The position numbers were made by a program, and so were the translations under genes. This document shows positions 11,981-22,405 of a DNA stretch of 64,000 bases, piece after piece. Each line of letters opens with the position of its first letter. The first letter of the stretch is position 1. The DNA is from an uncultured Pseudomonadota bacterium (GTDB lineage: Bacteria > Vulcanimicrobiota > Vulcanimicrobiia > Eremiobacterales > Eremiobacteraceae): the NCBI GenBank assembly GCA_963736005.1, contig CAVTNB010000001.1, forward strand, positions 1,760,001 through 1,824,000. Direction: 5' to 3'. The notes under the pieces are model-generated. The model was not told the DNA's origin, did not search any database, and saw only the letters and a list, made by a program, of their open reading frames with translations.

Positions 11981-13393
11981 TCACCCGTCCTGCGTGATGG
12001 TTGAGAGCACCGAGCGAAGCTTGCTGCGGAACTCCGGATCTCGCTCCATCTGCCCCTTGACCTTATCGCGAGCGTACATCACGGTGGTGTGGTCTTTCTT
12101 GCCAAACTCCCGGGCTATCTGGGGCAGGGAGGCATTGGTGAGGTCGCATGCCAGATACATCGCGATTTGCCGGGGTACCGTCAAGCGCTGGTCGCGCCGC
12201 TGACCCTCCAGCTCCTTTTGGGTGATGCCGTGGAACTTGGCCACCTTGTCCTTAATGAGGGAAATCGTTACTTTGCGCAAGGGCATTTCGTTGATCTCGT
12301 TGCGCAAAACGTCGGCTGCCAGTTCCACCGTCAGCGGCTGTTTATACAGCGACGCATACGCGGTGAGCTTGATGAGCGCTCCCTCGAGCTGGCGGATGTT
12401 CGACGGGATGATTTTGGCGATGTACGAGGTGACTTCGTGCGGCACATCGATCCCGTCGCTCTCTGCCTTCTTGCGCAGGATCGCCTCGCGCGTTTCCAAG
12501 TCGGGTGACTGAATGTCGGTCAGCAGCCCCCACTCGAACCTCGAACGGAGTCGATTCTCCAGTGTCTGGATGTCCTTCGGCGGCCGGTCGCTGGAGATGA
12601 CGAGTTGCTTTTGGGCTTCGTGCAGCGTGTTGAATGTATGGAAGAACTCTTCTTGGGTCTGCTCCTTGCCTTCGAGAAATTGAATGTCATCGATCAGGAG
12701 CACGTCAACCGTGCGATACCGGTTGCGAAACTCGACGGTTTGGTTGTTCTTGATGGCCGTGATAAATTCGTTGGTGAACGTCTCCGAGGAAACGTAGACG
12801 ACCCGCGACCGCGGATCGGCCTGGCGCGCGCGATGTCCGATGGCGTGCATGAGGTGCGTCTTGCCCAGTCCTACCGCACCGTAGATGAAGAGTGGATTGT
12901 ACGCATGGGCGGGGGCTTCGGCCACTGCTTGCGCCGCCGCGTGGGCGAACCGGTTTGTCGCCCCCACGACGAACTGCTCGAAAGTGTAGCGCTCGTTGAG
13001 CCCAGTATGGCGGAAGTCATCATGCGCAGCGGGGATCGCCGGCGCAAGAGGCAACGCGCTATGCGCTTCAAGGGCAATCGGCGCTTGGAAAGACGCATTG
13101 CCGGGCGCGTCATCTGACACGACGGATTCATCGATGACGAAACGCACTGAGATAGGCGACCCGATGATTTCAGCGAGGGTTCCGACGATCGTGCTCTTCA
13201 AACGATTCTCCGCCCAGTCTTTTGCGAAGGCGTTTTGCACGGTGAGCGTCACCTCGTCGGTGGACAGGTTCTCGATGCGCATGGGTTTGATCCACATCTC
13301 AAAGATGGGCTTAGAGAATCGGCTCTCAAGTTCTCCAAGGCAACTCTGCCACAAATACTCCCCTTTTGTCTGGAGGGCGGTTGCAGTTTCCAT
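11981..13393 (-). CDS. dnaA: Chromosomal replication initiator DnaA
   Basis: YNPLFIYGAVGLGKTHL, LLIDDIQFL, RLRSRFEWGL, KDHTTVMYA. Confidence 0.99.
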   Translation of the reverse strand: METATALQTKGEYLWQSCLGELESRFSKPIFEMWIKPMRIENLSTDEVTLTVQNAFAKDWAENRLKSTIVGTLAEIIGSPISVRFVIDESVVSDDAPGNASFQAPIALEAHSALPLAPAIPAAHDDFRHTGLNERYTFEQFVVGATNRFAHAAAQAVAEAPAHAYNPLFIYGAVGLGKTHLMHAIGHRARQADPRSRVVYVSSETFTNEFITAIKNNQTVEFRNRYRTVDVLLIDDIQFLEGKEQTQEEFFHTFNTLHEAQKQLVISSDRPPKDIQTLENRLRSRFEWGLLTDIQSPDLETREAILRKKAESDGIDVPHEVTSYIAKIIPSNIRQLEGALIKLTAYASLYKQPLTVELAADVLRNEINEMPLRKVTISLIKDKVAKFHGITQKELEGQRRDQRLTVPRQIAMYLACDLTNASLPQIAREFGKKDHTTVMYARDKVKGQMERDPEFRSKLRSVLSTITQDG

Positions 13394-13519
13394 GGACAGT
13401 CCTTCTACTTCTTCTCTTGAGTTGTGCGGAAAAAAATTTTCGAACCGTCGTGTAGGCGGATCTTGCTTTAGGGCCTCGCGCGTTTGCGTTGAAAAAAGCG
13501 TATTCCTTCAGCGCTGCGC

Positions 13520-13780
13520 AACTTTCTTTATGCACATATGCACAGCGTGCACGTGTTGTGTGTGGATAGCGAGCGCACGCTCACGCGCGAGCCCTTGCAT
13601 GGCGCGAATTTGCAATTCCAGTGAAGCGGACAACGTTCCAGGATGGAGCCAACGCGCAAGGCCATGTGAAAACTGGAACTTGTTGGCCGAAAGCAGCGCC
13701 CCACGGTGAGGAGCACGTATTGCCCGCGCGTGCAAAATGGCTATTCACAGGCTTATACACAGGTGTGAATAGCGGTTTTT
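13520..13780. promoter_or_regulatory. oriC DnaA-box cluster upstream of dnaA
   Basis: TTATGCACA 13528, TGTGGATAG 13561, CTATTCACA 13741, TTATACACA 13753 (consensus), TGTGAATAG 13764. Confidence 0.75.
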
Positions 13781-14016
13781 CACCGCATCAGAAAACCGAT
13801 CAAAGCCTTGCGGTATAAAGGTTTGAGCGAAAACTCGCTCTTTTTCGAGTGCTCGGTTCATGCACTGCCTGTCCACCGCTTGCCGCCCGCCAAAAGGCTC
13901 GCAGCGACGCCGCTCGCTTGCTCGACCAAAGGGAGAGCTGTGGGCGACTTTTTCGGCAAGCCCTGCGCCGGCAGCATCGCAAAATGGCGGCAAAGCCGCA
14001 TGAAATCGTAAAAGAG

Positions 14017-14046
14017 TTGACGCGTGCGCCAAAGCCGCCCTATAAT
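14017..14046 (+). promoter_or_regulatory. Sigma70-type promoter of the rpmH operon
   Basis: TTGACG-N18-TATAAT, ending about 70 bp upstream of rpmH. Confidence 0.7.
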
Positions 14047-14117
14047 AAACAATTGCTTTTGCGCCGAGGCGCATTTTTTGTTCTCACAATCCCGCACGAA
14101 TTTGGGAGTTTGGTTTC

Positions 14118-14255
14118 TTGAAACGAACCTATCAACCGCACAACCGCAGACGCAAGCGCACTCATGGTTTCCAAGCTCGCATGTCGAGCCAGGGCGGAAG
14201 ACGAGTGCTCGCCGCGCGCCGGCGCAAAGGGCGCAAGCGGCTCACCCCCGATTAG
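14118..14255 (+). CDS. rpmH: 50S ribosomal protein L34 (45 aa)
   Basis: Hand translation from [48 protein letters not shown]. Too short for the ORF track. Confidence 0.97.
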   Translation: MKRTYQPHNRRRKRTHGFQARMSSQGGRRVLAARRRKGRKRLTPD

Positions 14256-14258
14256 GGC

Positions 14259-14633
14259 GTGCGCCGGTACAGCAGTCTCCGTGGCCGGCGTGAATTTGCG
14301 CTCGTGCTTCGTCGCGGCCGGCCTTCTTCGACGAAACATCTCGTTGTCTTTGTGCTCGCGCCACGCGGGTCCAGCGTGCCATCGAAAATCGGCATCGTGA
14401 TTACCAAGAAAGTTGGTAAGGCGGTGGAGCGCAACCGTCTGCGCCGGCGCTGTAAAGCGATCCTCGATGAAACAGCCGCCGCCGCCATCGGCATGTGGTT
14501 GGTCGTCCAATGCAAGCCGACGGCGGCAGCCTTGACGTTTGCGGAGCTGCGGGAACAGCTCAAAGCCACGCTGCAAGAGAGTTTGCGGCGAGCGGGCAAG
14601 GCGTCGGCGGCTCGCGAATCTATCCGCCGATGA
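14259..14633 (+). CDS. rnpA: Ribonuclease P protein component
   Basis: [20 protein letters not shown] (RNR motif); synteny. Confidence 0.95.
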   Translation: MRRYSSLRGRREFALVLRRGRPSSTKHLVVFVLAPRGSSVPSKIGIVITKKVGKAVERNRLRRRCKAILDETAAAAIGMWLVVQCKPTAAALTFAELREQLKATLQESLRRAGKASAARESIRR

Positions 14634-14836
14634 GCATACTCGTGGGCGGGATCCGGCTTTACCAGCGGACATTGTCGAAATTGTTGCCGCCGGTCTGTCG
14701 ATTTTATCCGAGCTGCTCCGAGTACGCCGTGCAAGCGCTGCAGCGCCACGGCGCGCTCCAAGGTTTGAAACTCGCCGGCCTGCGACTTTTGCGATGCATG
14801 CCCTGGCATCCCGGAGGCTTCGACCCGGTTCCATAA
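14630..14836 (+). CDS. yidD: Membrane protein insertion efficiency factor YidD
   Basis: [11 protein letters not shown]...[21 protein letters not shown] overlap with rnpA. Confidence 0.95.
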   Translation: MSILVGGIRLYQRTLSKLLPPVCRFYPSCSEYAVQALQRHGALQGLKLAGLRLLRCMPWHPGGFDPVP

Positions 14837-14869
14837 GGAAGCCGAGTTAGGAAAGGAACGCCCCTACTT

Positions 14870-15856
14870 TTGCTCCATATCGTTGGCCTGATAGCCGTCG
14901 CTTCCAGCGGCCACTTTCTGACGCTTGCCAGCCTCGTCAATCCATTTACCCAGCTCATCAACAGCCTCGGGTCGATCGCCTCATGGGGTCTCGATGCGCT
15001 CTATCGGCTGACGCACAACTACGGCTGGTCCATGATGCTGCTCGCCTTGGCCGTGTCGTTGCTCTTGCTCCCGCTTTCGCTGCAGGCGCTCAAGTCAATG
15101 ACCGAAGCCCAAGCGCTCGCGCCATATTTGAAACGCCTCCAGCAGCGCTACAAGGGCGACCGCCAAAAACTCGGCGAGGAGCAGATGAAACTCTATCGCG
15201 AGCACGGCGTCAACCCGCTGGGTGGCTGTCTACCGATGCTCGCGCAGTATCCGTTCCTGCTCGCCGTGTACCGAGCGATCTATTTGCACAACACGGCCTT
15301 TCAAAACGCCACGTGGCTGTGGATTGGCTCGCCGCTCTCGCACCACTTTCCCAAGTGGCTCGGCACCAATCTCTTTCAGCCGGATTATATTCTCCTGGTC
15401 ATTTACGCGGTGTCCATGTATTTCTCGATGAAGCTGACGCCGACCGTTTCGATGGACGATCAACAGCGGCAAATGATGAATACGCAGGCATTTATCATGC
15501 CCGTCATGATTTTTTTCCTCGCGAGCCGTCTGCACTGGTCGTCCGCGTTCATCCTGTATTGGCTGAGCTTCAACGTGCTCAGCATGGCGGAGCGTTTCTG
15601 GGTCATGAAAATGCCCTCGCGCATCCCGAAGCCGCCGGAAGAAACCCCGGCAACGTTGGCCGGCTATCCGCATGACTGCCCACAATGCAAAGCGCAGTTG
15701 GTCGTCGTCAAAGGCAGCAAGTGCGAAGCGTGCGGCGCAAAGGTCCGCAAGCTCCAGCCGTCGGATAACGGCGCCCGGCGCAAACAAAATACACTGGCAC
15801 CCGATACGGCGGCGGGTGCGCGTTCCATTGATCGAGGCCAAAAGAAACAATCATGA
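14870..15856 (+). CDS. yidC: Membrane insertase YidC (short type) with C-terminal Zn ribbon
   Basis: NYGWS, EQMKLYREHGVNPLGGCLPML, LYW motifs; tail CPQC-x11-CEAC. Confidence 0.93.
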   Translation: MLHIVGLIAVASSGHFLTLASLVNPFTQLINSLGSIASWGLDALYRLTHNYGWSMMLLALAVSLLLLPLSLQALKSMTEAQALAPYLKRLQQRYKGDRQKLGEEQMKLYREHGVNPLGGCLPMLAQYPFLLAVYRAIYLHNTAFQNATWLWIGSPLSHHFPKWLGTNLFQPDYILLVIYAVSMYFSMKLTPTVSMDDQQRQMMNTQAFIMPVMIFFLASRLHWSSAFILYWLSFNVLSMAERFWVMKMPSRIPKPPEETPATLAGYPHDCPQCKAQLVVVKGSKCEACGAKVRKLQPSDNGARRKQNTLAPDTAAGARSIDRGQKKQS

Positions 15857-16542
15857 ACGGTTATGGAGAAGGGCCGCCAGGTTTTGGGCGGCCGCAGCGT
15901 CGACGGTCGACTCAGCGCAGAGGTCCCGTGGGGAACGGCGGTCGCCATCCAGTGCCGCCGCGCAAGCAAACCTGTCCTCCCGAGCTGCGCGACTCGTTTG
16001 TCGAAGCTCGTGATTTTTTGGCAGGTTTGATCGCAGCCCTTGGATTGCCGGCGCGGCTTGGCTTTGGGGGCGTGGATGCGGCTCGCGACGGGCGGCAAAT
16101 TACCATCGACATTCACGCGCTTGCACCCACAAGTCCCGCGCAGTTTTCGGAACACGATCCGCATGACGACGGTCTCGCTATTCTCATCGGCAAGCACGGC
16201 GCCACGCTCGATGCGCTGTCCGCTGTCACGAACGCGGTGATGCATCGCGGGGACTCCAGAGAATTGTTTTTTGCAGTTGACGTCGAGGGGTACCGCGCTC
16301 GTCGCGTTGCGACGCTGCGCTCCATCGCAGTGCGCTGCGCGACCAAAGTGGTGCACGAGCGCGTCGCGGTCGAGCTCGAACCGATGCCGCCCGCGGAGCG
16401 GCGCATCATTCATTTGGCGCTCGCCGCACACCGCGACGTCGCAACCGAAAGCACGGGCGAGGGTCGTGACCGCCGCGTCGTGATCATGCCGAGAGGAAGC
16501 AGCTTGCCGCCGCCAGACGAGGACGACGAAGACCTCCGCTAG
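15853..16542 (+). CDS. khpB: Jag/KhpB RNA-binding protein (KH + R3H)
   Basis: LIGKHGATLDAL (KH), VDVEGYR, LEPMPPAERRIIH (R3H); synteny. Confidence 0.9.
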   Translation: MNGYGEGPPGFGRPQRRRSTQRRGPVGNGGRHPVPPRKQTCPPELRDSFVEARDFLAGLIAALGLPARLGFGGVDAARDGRQITIDIHALAPTSPAQFSEHDPHDDGLAILIGKHGATLDALSAVTNAVMHRGDSRELFFAVDVEGYRARRVATLRSIAVRCATKVVHERVAVELEPMPPAERRIIHLALAAHRDVATESTGEGRDRRVVIMPRGSSLPPPDEDDEDLR

Positions 16543-16547
16543 CCTAG

Positions 16548-17951
16548 ATGCGGAACGCTGCAAGCGACGCGGATACGATTGCGGCGGTTGCGACGCCTCC
16601 AGGCGTTTCCGCCGTTTCTATTATTCGTATTTCCGGTCCACGCGCTCATGAGATCGCCCGCGCATGTTTTGTGCCCCGCTCGCATGCCGATTCTCCATCG
16701 CAAGCGCGCCTGCAGCGCGGCTGGGTTTGCGATCCGCACAACGGCGACCGCATCGACGATGCACTCGCCGCTCACTTCTTTGCACCCCGATCGTTCACCG
16801 GTGAAGATGTCGTTGAACTGCACGTGCATGGTGGCGCGGGAGTTATTTCGTCGTGCCTGACGGTGGTCTTGCGCTTGGGCGCACACTTGGCTGCGCCAGG
16901 CGAATTTACCAAACGCGCATTTCTCAACGGACGGATTGATCTCGCGCAAGCCGAAGCGGTCGCGGATCTCATTGCTGCGGAAAGCGAACGCGCCGCAAAG
17001 GCGGCGGCTCACCGGCTAGCAGGCGAGGTTGGGGCCAGCTTGCGCGCGGTGCGCGAGCAGCTCCTCGACCGGCTGGTTGAGATCGAAGCACACGTCGATT
17101 ATCCAGATGAAGTCGCGCACCCTGATATCGCAGCCCTCGCGGCCACCCTTGCGGTGCAACACGAACGCATTTGCGCACTGCTTTCGGGTTCACGCGCAGC
17201 CCGCATTCTTCGCGATGGCATCGCGTGCGTGATCGCCGGTCCGCCGAATGCGGGAAAGTCATCGCTGCTCAATGCCCTGTTGCAGGCGGAGCGCGCAATC
17301 GTTTCGGAAGTCCCGGGCACAACGCGCGATGTCATCGAGGATCGCATTGTCGTGGACGGCGTTGTCTTGCGCTTGTTCGATACTGCGGGGTTGCGCACGA
17401 CCTGCGATCGCGTTGAAGCGGAAGGGGTCACGCGAGCCGGGCGGGCGATCGACGCGGCAGAACTTGTGATTGCAGTCATCGATGGATCGAAAAAGCTCGA
17501 CGCCAATGCAGAAACTGCACTTGAGCAGACCAAAGATTTACCGCGGATCGTGCTGTGTAACAAACTCGATCTTGGATCGGCCGGTTTCGACGATATAGAG
17601 CAACGCTTTGCAAGTCTCACGCATGGCGCAAACGGCGAGGCCTTTATCGCGGGCAGTGTGATGTGGCCCGCAACCATCGAAGAGATTCGAAAGGCGATCG
17701 CTAGCCTAGGTTGGGGTGGCGCAATCGATGCGAACGCAGCACTCGTTGCCAATGCACGGCAGATCGAGGCCCTCACCCGGGCGCAAGAGTCGCTTGGCGA
17801 TGCCCTTGCGACGATCGAGCATGCACAGCCGATCGACATGGTCTGCCTCGACTTGCGTGCGGCGATCGCGGCGTGCGGCGAAGTCTCGGGGGACACGGTC
17901 ACCGAGGAAGTCCTAGACGGTATCTTCTCGCGCTTTTGCGTGGGTAAATAA
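16548..17951 (+). CDS. mnmE: tRNA modification GTPase MnmE
   Basis: [32 protein letters not shown]-terminal FCVGK. Confidence 0.98.
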   Translation: MRNAASDADTIAAVATPPGVSAVSIIRISGPRAHEIARACFVPRSHADSPSQARLQRGWVCDPHNGDRIDDALAAHFFAPRSFTGEDVVELHVHGGAGVISSCLTVVLRLGAHLAAPGEFTKRAFLNGRIDLAQAEAVADLIAAESERAAKAAAHRLAGEVGASLRAVREQLLDRLVEIEAHVDYPDEVAHPDIAALAATLAVQHERICALLSGSRAARILRDGIACVIAGPPNAGKSSLLNALLQAERAIVSEVPGTTRDVIEDRIVVDGVVLRLFDTAGLRTTCDRVEAEGVTRAGRAIDAAELVIAVIDGSKKLDANAETALEQTKDLPRIVLCNKLDLGSAGFDDIEQRFASLTHGANGEAFIAGSVMWPATIEEIRKAIASLGWGGAIDANAALVANARQIEALTRAQESLGDALATIEHAQPIDMVCLDLRAAIAACGEVSGDTVTEEVLDGIFSRFCVGK

Positions 17952-17957
17952 ACTTAG

Positions 17958-18007
17958 GCGCACATGCGCTGCTACAGAGGCCGCTGCTACAGAGGTCCGC
18001 TGCTACA
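17958..18007 (+). repeat. Tandem partial REP ends (GCTGCTACA x3)
   Basis: GCTGCTACA at 17968, 17983 and 17999. The last two units read GAGG(T)CCGCTGCTACA, the right half of the REP seen at 8438, 47418 and 54264. Confidence 0.7.
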
Positions 18008-18027
18008 TGTGGGCGGAATCCAGCGAT

Positions 18028-19881
18028 GTGTCGCAGGATTTTGATGTCATCGTCATTGGGGGTGGACACGCCGGCTGCGAGGCCGCACTAGCCGCTGCAC
18101 GAATCGGCGTGCGCACGCTGTTGCTGAGCGCCAATCTCGACACGATCGGTTTGATGCCGTGCAATCCCTCCATTGGCGGCCCGGCGAAAGGCCAACTCGT
18201 TCGTGAAGTCGACGCGATCGGTGGCGAAATGGCGCGCTGCATCGATCGTACGTATCTCCACTCCCGCTGGCTAAACGAAAGCAAAGGCCCGGCTGTGCGA
18301 ACGCTGCGCGCACAAGCCGACAAGCGCGCGTACGCGCAACGAATGAAAGAAACGGTCGAGTCACAGCGCGGCCTTTGGGTGCTTCAGAGCCTCGTCACGG
18401 ATCTTCTCGTCGAGGCCGACGTCATCGACGGCGTGCGCTTAGCAACTGGCTCGTGCGTGCGCGCGCGTCAGGTCATCATTGCGACTGGAACATTCTTAGG
18501 CGGCAAGTTGTTTGCCGGCGAGAAAGGAATGCCGGGCGGGCGCGCGGGCGAAAAGCCCGCCCTGGGTTTGGGGCTAGCATTGCAGCAGCTTGGCTTTGAA
18601 ATGGGCCGGCTCAAAACTGGCACGCCGCCGCGCATTCACGCGGACAGCATCGACTATTCCAAAACCTTAGAGCAGCCTCCGCATCCAGTGCCGCTCATGT
18701 TCTCGTATTCGAGCGCGCCGCAATTTCCAGGTCCCCAACTCTCTTGCTTCATCACCAACACGAACGAGGCAACACACGAACTGATTCGGGCGAATCTGCA
18801 TCGCTCGCCGATGTATGGGCTGCATCTTATTGAAGGAAAGGGTCCCAGGTACTGTCCCTCTATAGAGGACAAGGTGATGAAGTTCTCCCACAACCCGAGT
18901 CACCAAGTCTTTCTTGAGCCGGAAGGCTGGCATACAAAGGAAGTTTACGTGGGTGGGTTCTCAACCTCGTTGCCCCCAGAGGTGCAACTCGACATGCTGC
19001 ACACATTGCCTGGCTTGGAGCGCGCGGATATGATGCGCTCAGGTTATGCAGTGGAGTATGATTTTGTGAGCCCAACGGAACTCTTCGCGACTCTCGAAAC
19101 AAAGAAAGTGTCGGGACTCTTTCACGCCGGGCAGATCAACGGAACATCGGGTTACGAAGAGGCGGCCGCGCAGGGAATTGTGGCGGGCATCAACGCAGCG
19201 CAACGCGCCCTCGGGCGAGAACAAGTGACGCTTTCGCGATCCTCGTCGTACATCGGCACGCTCGTTGACGACCTTATCACCAAGGGCACGATCGAACCCT
19301 ATCGGATGCTGACCTCCCGAGCAGAGCACCGCTTGTTGCTTCGTCACGACAACGCCGACGAGCGGCTCACACCGGTTGGTCGAAGGGTCGGTCTGGTGGG
19401 CGACGAGCCCTACGAAGCGTTCGGGAAGCGTCAGGAGCTCATGCGTGCGGAGCTTGGGCGCGTTCGGCAAGCACGACTGGACGTCCAGGGTGCCCAACGC
19501 TGGGGCGTCCAAGCTGGAACTCCGCTGGTTGAGATCTTGCGAAGGCCGGAGGTGGCGTATGCAGATGTCGCAGTAGACGATGCTTTTCCGGGCGAGTTGG
19601 GCGACCGGGTGGCCATCTGCGTGAAATATGAGGGGTATATTACGCGCCAAGCCGCGGCAATCGAGCGTCTGGCAAAAGCCGATGATGTGAGAATTCCGGA
19701 TGGCTTTGACTTCGAAAGTTGCCATGGGCTCTCGCGGGAAGCGCGAGAGAAACTGTCGCTACGACGACCGGCAACCCTAGGGCAGGCGAGTCGCATGCAA
19801 GGGATCACGCCATCAGACATAGCGGTGCTTTTCGTGTATGCTCGCAGGGAACAGGCTGGAGCGACTGGCCGCAGCGCGTGA
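18028..19881 (+). CDS. mnmG: tRNA uridine modification enzyme MnmG (GidA)
   Basis: [51 protein letters not shown]. Start is GTG 18028 or ATG 18007. Confidence 0.98.
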   Translation: MSQDFDVIVIGGGHAGCEAALAAARIGVRTLLLSANLDTIGLMPCNPSIGGPAKGQLVREVDAIGGEMARCIDRTYLHSRWLNESKGPAVRTLRAQADKRAYAQRMKETVESQRGLWVLQSLVTDLLVEADVIDGVRLATGSCVRARQVIIATGTFLGGKLFAGEKGMPGGRAGEKPALGLGLALQQLGFEMGRLKTGTPPRIHADSIDYSKTLEQPPHPVPLMFSYSSAPQFPGPQLSCFITNTNEATHELIRANLHRSPMYGLHLIEGKGPRYCPSIEDKVMKFSHNPSHQVFLEPEGWHTKEVYVGGFSTSLPPEVQLDMLHTLPGLERADMMRSGYAVEYDFVSPTELFATLETKKVSGLFHAGQINGTSGYEEAAAQGIVAGINAAQRALGREQVTLSRSSSYIGTLVDDLITKGTIEPYRMLTSRAEHRLLLRHDNADERLTPVGRRVGLVGDEPYEAFGKRQELMRAELGRVRQARLDVQGAQRWGVQAGTPLVEILRRPEVAYADVAVDDAFPGELGDRVAICVKYEGYITRQAAAIERLAKADDVRIPDGFDFESCHGLSREAREKLSLRRPATLGQASRMQGITPSDIAVLFVYARREQAGATGRSA

Positions 19882-20546
19882 TCGAAGATGAAACCAGTTT
19901 GCTCCGAGCTGGGCTTCGGGAGCTCAAGCTTCAGGCGACAAGCGGGATCGTTCCCAAGTTGCTCGACTACGGTCTGTTCCTCTTAGAAGAAAACACCCGA
20001 ACGAACTTAACGGGAGCGCGCTCGTTAGCTAGCTTCATTACTAATCACGTTCTCGACAGCCTAGCTCCATTGTCATTGTTGGATCTTCAAGATCCCGTTA
20101 TCGACCTCGGGAGCGGTGGGGGATTGCCAGGCATTCCGGCGGCGATCGCCTATCCGGGCCACCATTTCGTCCTGATAGAACCGCGAGCCAAGCGCGTCAG
20201 GTTCCTAAAGATGGCAATAGAACGGCTTGAACTATACAATGTAGTAGCCGTGAAGGCATCAGCCCGGGGGCCAGGCGCGGCGCACTTTCGCGCGGTGTCT
20301 GGAACGGTCTTAATTCGTGCCCTTGCACCGCCGACGTTGGCCTTGGAACTGGGATTGGAGCTACTGCGTCCGGGCGGTACGCTGCTTCTCTACGAAGGCC
20401 GGTCCTCGCACCCCACCAATGCGCAGAAAAAGACCGCTGCGAGGCTAGGCGCAGGGGAAATTATGGTGAAACGAGTTCGCGTGCCTGGTTTGATGGCTGC
20501 CCGCCACGCCTGGATTATCAAGCGGGCGAAGAGCTCTCTCCGCTAG
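19878..20546 (+). CDS. rsmG: 16S rRNA m7G527 methyltransferase RsmG (GidB)
   Basis: [37 protein letters not shown] overlap with mnmG. Confidence 0.93.
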   Translation: MIEDETSLLRAGLRELKLQATSGIVPKLLDYGLFLLEENTRTNLTGARSLASFITNHVLDSLAPLSLLDLQDPVIDLGSGGGLPGIPAAIAYPGHHFVLIEPRAKRVRFLKMAIERLELYNVVAVKASARGPGAAHFRAVSGTVLIRALAPPTLALELGLELLRPGGTLLLYEGRSSHPTNAQKKTAARLGAGEIMVKRVRVPGLMAARHAWIIKRAKSSLR

Positions 20547-20979
20547 ATTGCGTCGTTCTGGTTTGGGCGAGGCCTAAAGCAAGGTGCTCGAGTAGCTCGA
20601 TGGGAGGCTTGCGAAAACGTTGCTTGAGAAACACCATCTCGCGCCAAATGTTGAAGCACGATGCCTTCTTGCCCGCCATTGGAAAGCGATCAAAGTGCGC
20701 GACAATGTTTGTGAGTTCACGAGCCTTGGTTACTCTAAAGTACGAGCCAGCCGTTCGATCCTTTCCGGGGAAACGAGGTTTGACATTATAAATCGATCCG
20801 ATCCCGCCAAAGAAGCTCTGGAGTCGACGCAGCACGGGAAGGTCGGCAGCCTCACGTTTGACGGCGAAATAAAGCGCCGGCACACGGCCAGACCGGCTGA
20901 ACGTGAAGGTTGCCTGAGCTTCGCAAAAGCCCGTCACATACCAGGGGTCGGGAAAATGTTTCACGGGAAACTGTTCCAC
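20518..20979 (-). CDS. Free-standing single-motif LAGLIDADG homing-endonuclease-like protein (degenerate active site)
   Basis: DPWYVTGFCEAQATF resembles PWYVTGFxDGEGxF. LxxFFGGIGSIY, YFRV and HFDRFPMAGKK...F match LAGLIDADG_1 family patterns. Confidence 0.8.
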   Translation of the reverse strand: MEQFPVKHFPDPWYVTGFCEAQATFTFSRSGRVPALYFAVKREAADLPVLRRLQSFFGGIGSIYNVKPRFPGKDRTAGSYFRVTKARELTNIVAHFDRFPMAGKKASCFNIWREMVFLKQRFRKPPIELLEHLALGLAQTRTTQSSGESSSPA

Positions 20980-20987
20980 ATGGAACA
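20957..20987. promoter_or_regulatory. parS: Two tandem parS sites
   Basis: TGTTTCACGGGAAACT (20957-20972) and TGTTCCACATGGAACA (20972-20987) versus consensus TGTTNCACGTGAAACA; 1.4 kb upstream of parAB. Confidence 0.85.
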
Positions 20988-21017
20988 GTTACAATCCTCA
21001 CAGGCGACAAGTCTCGG

Positions 21018-22400
21018 GTGAAATCCAACAAGCCCCTCGACGATCTGCTCGTGTCAACGCTTGGCCCGGGCCATGTCTTTTCCGTTGGTGGCCGCGTCCG
21101 GGACGAGGTGCTGTCTAGTCTCGGGCGACCACAGCCGGACTCGCCCGATCTCGATTACCTAGTCATTGGCGTCCCGTATGACGAAATAGTACATAGGTTG
21201 ACTAAGATAGGCTCTAGCGAGCTTGTCGGTGCGTCGTTCGGGGTCATCAAGTTCACTCGAGATGGCCGCACCGTTGACATCGCGCTTCCCAGACGTGAAC
21301 GGTCGACCGGCACTCACCATCGCGATTTTTTGATAGAGTTTTCGCCAGACATCCCCTTGGAAGACGATCTAAGCCGCCGAGATTTCCGCGTCAACATGAT
21401 GGCGCGCAACCTCGCGACGGGTAACCTGGTCGATCCGTTCGGCGGCGCCGATGATGTGCGCAACGCTCGACTGGCGATTCTCCGGGATGAGGCATTCGTG
21501 GAAGATCCTCTGCGCATCTTACGCGGCGCACAGTTCTCGGCTCGCTTCGACCTCGAGGCAACGCCCCAAACGCTTTCCGCCATGCGCGCCGCGGCGAATT
21601 TGACGAACACCATTGCGCCAGAGCGTGTTGCAGACGAGCTCATCAAACTCCTCACCAAATCCGCGAGACCGAGCGTGGGCTTCGAATTGTTGCGGGCGGT
21701 CGGCGCCCTCTCGCAAGTCATGCCCGAGCTCTTGGAAGGCTGGGGCGTGGAGCAAAACGAGTTTCATCGCTATACCGTGTACTATCACGCGTTGCGCTCG
21801 TGCGACGAAGCGCCTCCCGAGCTTGCCGTGCGCCTTGCCGCGCTCTTGCACGATGTCGGCAAGCCGCGAACAAAATCGGGCCCGCATTTTTATCGCCACG
21901 AGATCGTCGGCGAAGACATGGCGCGCACGATGTTGACGAGGCTGCGGTTTCCAACGGAGGTGGTGCAGACCGTAACGCAACTCATCAGACACCACATGTT
22001 TGCATCTGACGATTCGCTAACCGACGCGGCAGTCCGGCGCTTTATTCATCGCGTTGGCGCCGACCTAGTGGAGCAGCTCTTCGCTTTGAGGCGAGCGGAT
22101 ATTGTGGCATCGGGCTTGCCCGAACGCAACCCAGCCGAACTCGACCGATTCGCCGGACGAGTGAAGATGGAGCTCTCGGGGCCGAGCGCTTTGAGCATGA
22201 ATGACTTGGCCATCGACGGCGGCGCGGTCATCAGCATCATGCGCGAGCTCGGGCTTGCGGGCAAAGAGTTCCGCGGGGACGCCAGGGTTGGGGCCGCGTT
22301 GCGCGCATGCTTAGATGCCGTTCTTGAAAATCCCAAGAAAAACACCGTCGAAGATCTGCGCAAAGTTGCGCGGAATTTTCTCATGCACAAGGAAAGTTAG
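21018..22400 (+). CDS. cca: CCA tRNA nucleotidyltransferase with HD domain
   Basis: VGGRVRD, DLD, RRDFRVNMMA, EDPLRILRG, LLHDVGKP. GTG 21018 chosen as start. Confidence 0.9.
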   Translation: MKSNKPLDDLLVSTLGPGHVFSVGGRVRDEVLSSLGRPQPDSPDLDYLVIGVPYDEIVHRLTKIGSSELVGASFGVIKFTRDGRTVDIALPRRERSTGTHHRDFLIEFSPDIPLEDDLSRRDFRVNMMARNLATGNLVDPFGGADDVRNARLAILRDEAFVEDPLRILRGAQFSARFDLEATPQTLSAMRAAANLTNTIAPERVADELIKLLTKSARPSVGFELLRAVGALSQVMPELLEGWGVEQNEFHRYTVYYHALRSCDEAPPELAVRLAALLHDVGKPRTKSGPHFYRHEIVGEDMARTMLTRLRFPTEVVQTVTQLIRHHMFASDDSLTDAAVRRFIHRVGADLVEQLFALRRADIVASGLPERNPAELDRFAGRVKMELSGPSALSMNDLAIDGGAVISIMRELGLAGKEFRGDARVGAALRACLDAVLENPKKNTVEDLRKVARNFLMHKES

Positions 22401-22405
22401 GTCTC

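Noticed and set aside
13394..14117. Several 60-240-aa ORFs between dnaA and rpmH
   Set aside because: This is the oriC/promoter region with DnaA boxes; the translations lack motifs.
17958..18007. Possible mini-CRISPR from short direct repeats
   Set aside because: Units are 15-16 bp with no unique spacers and no cas genes; they match REP arms.
20518..20979. Group I intron or intein hosting the LAGLIDADG ORF
   Set aside because: Flanking rsmG and cca are uninterrupted, and no intein termini or intron core are evident.
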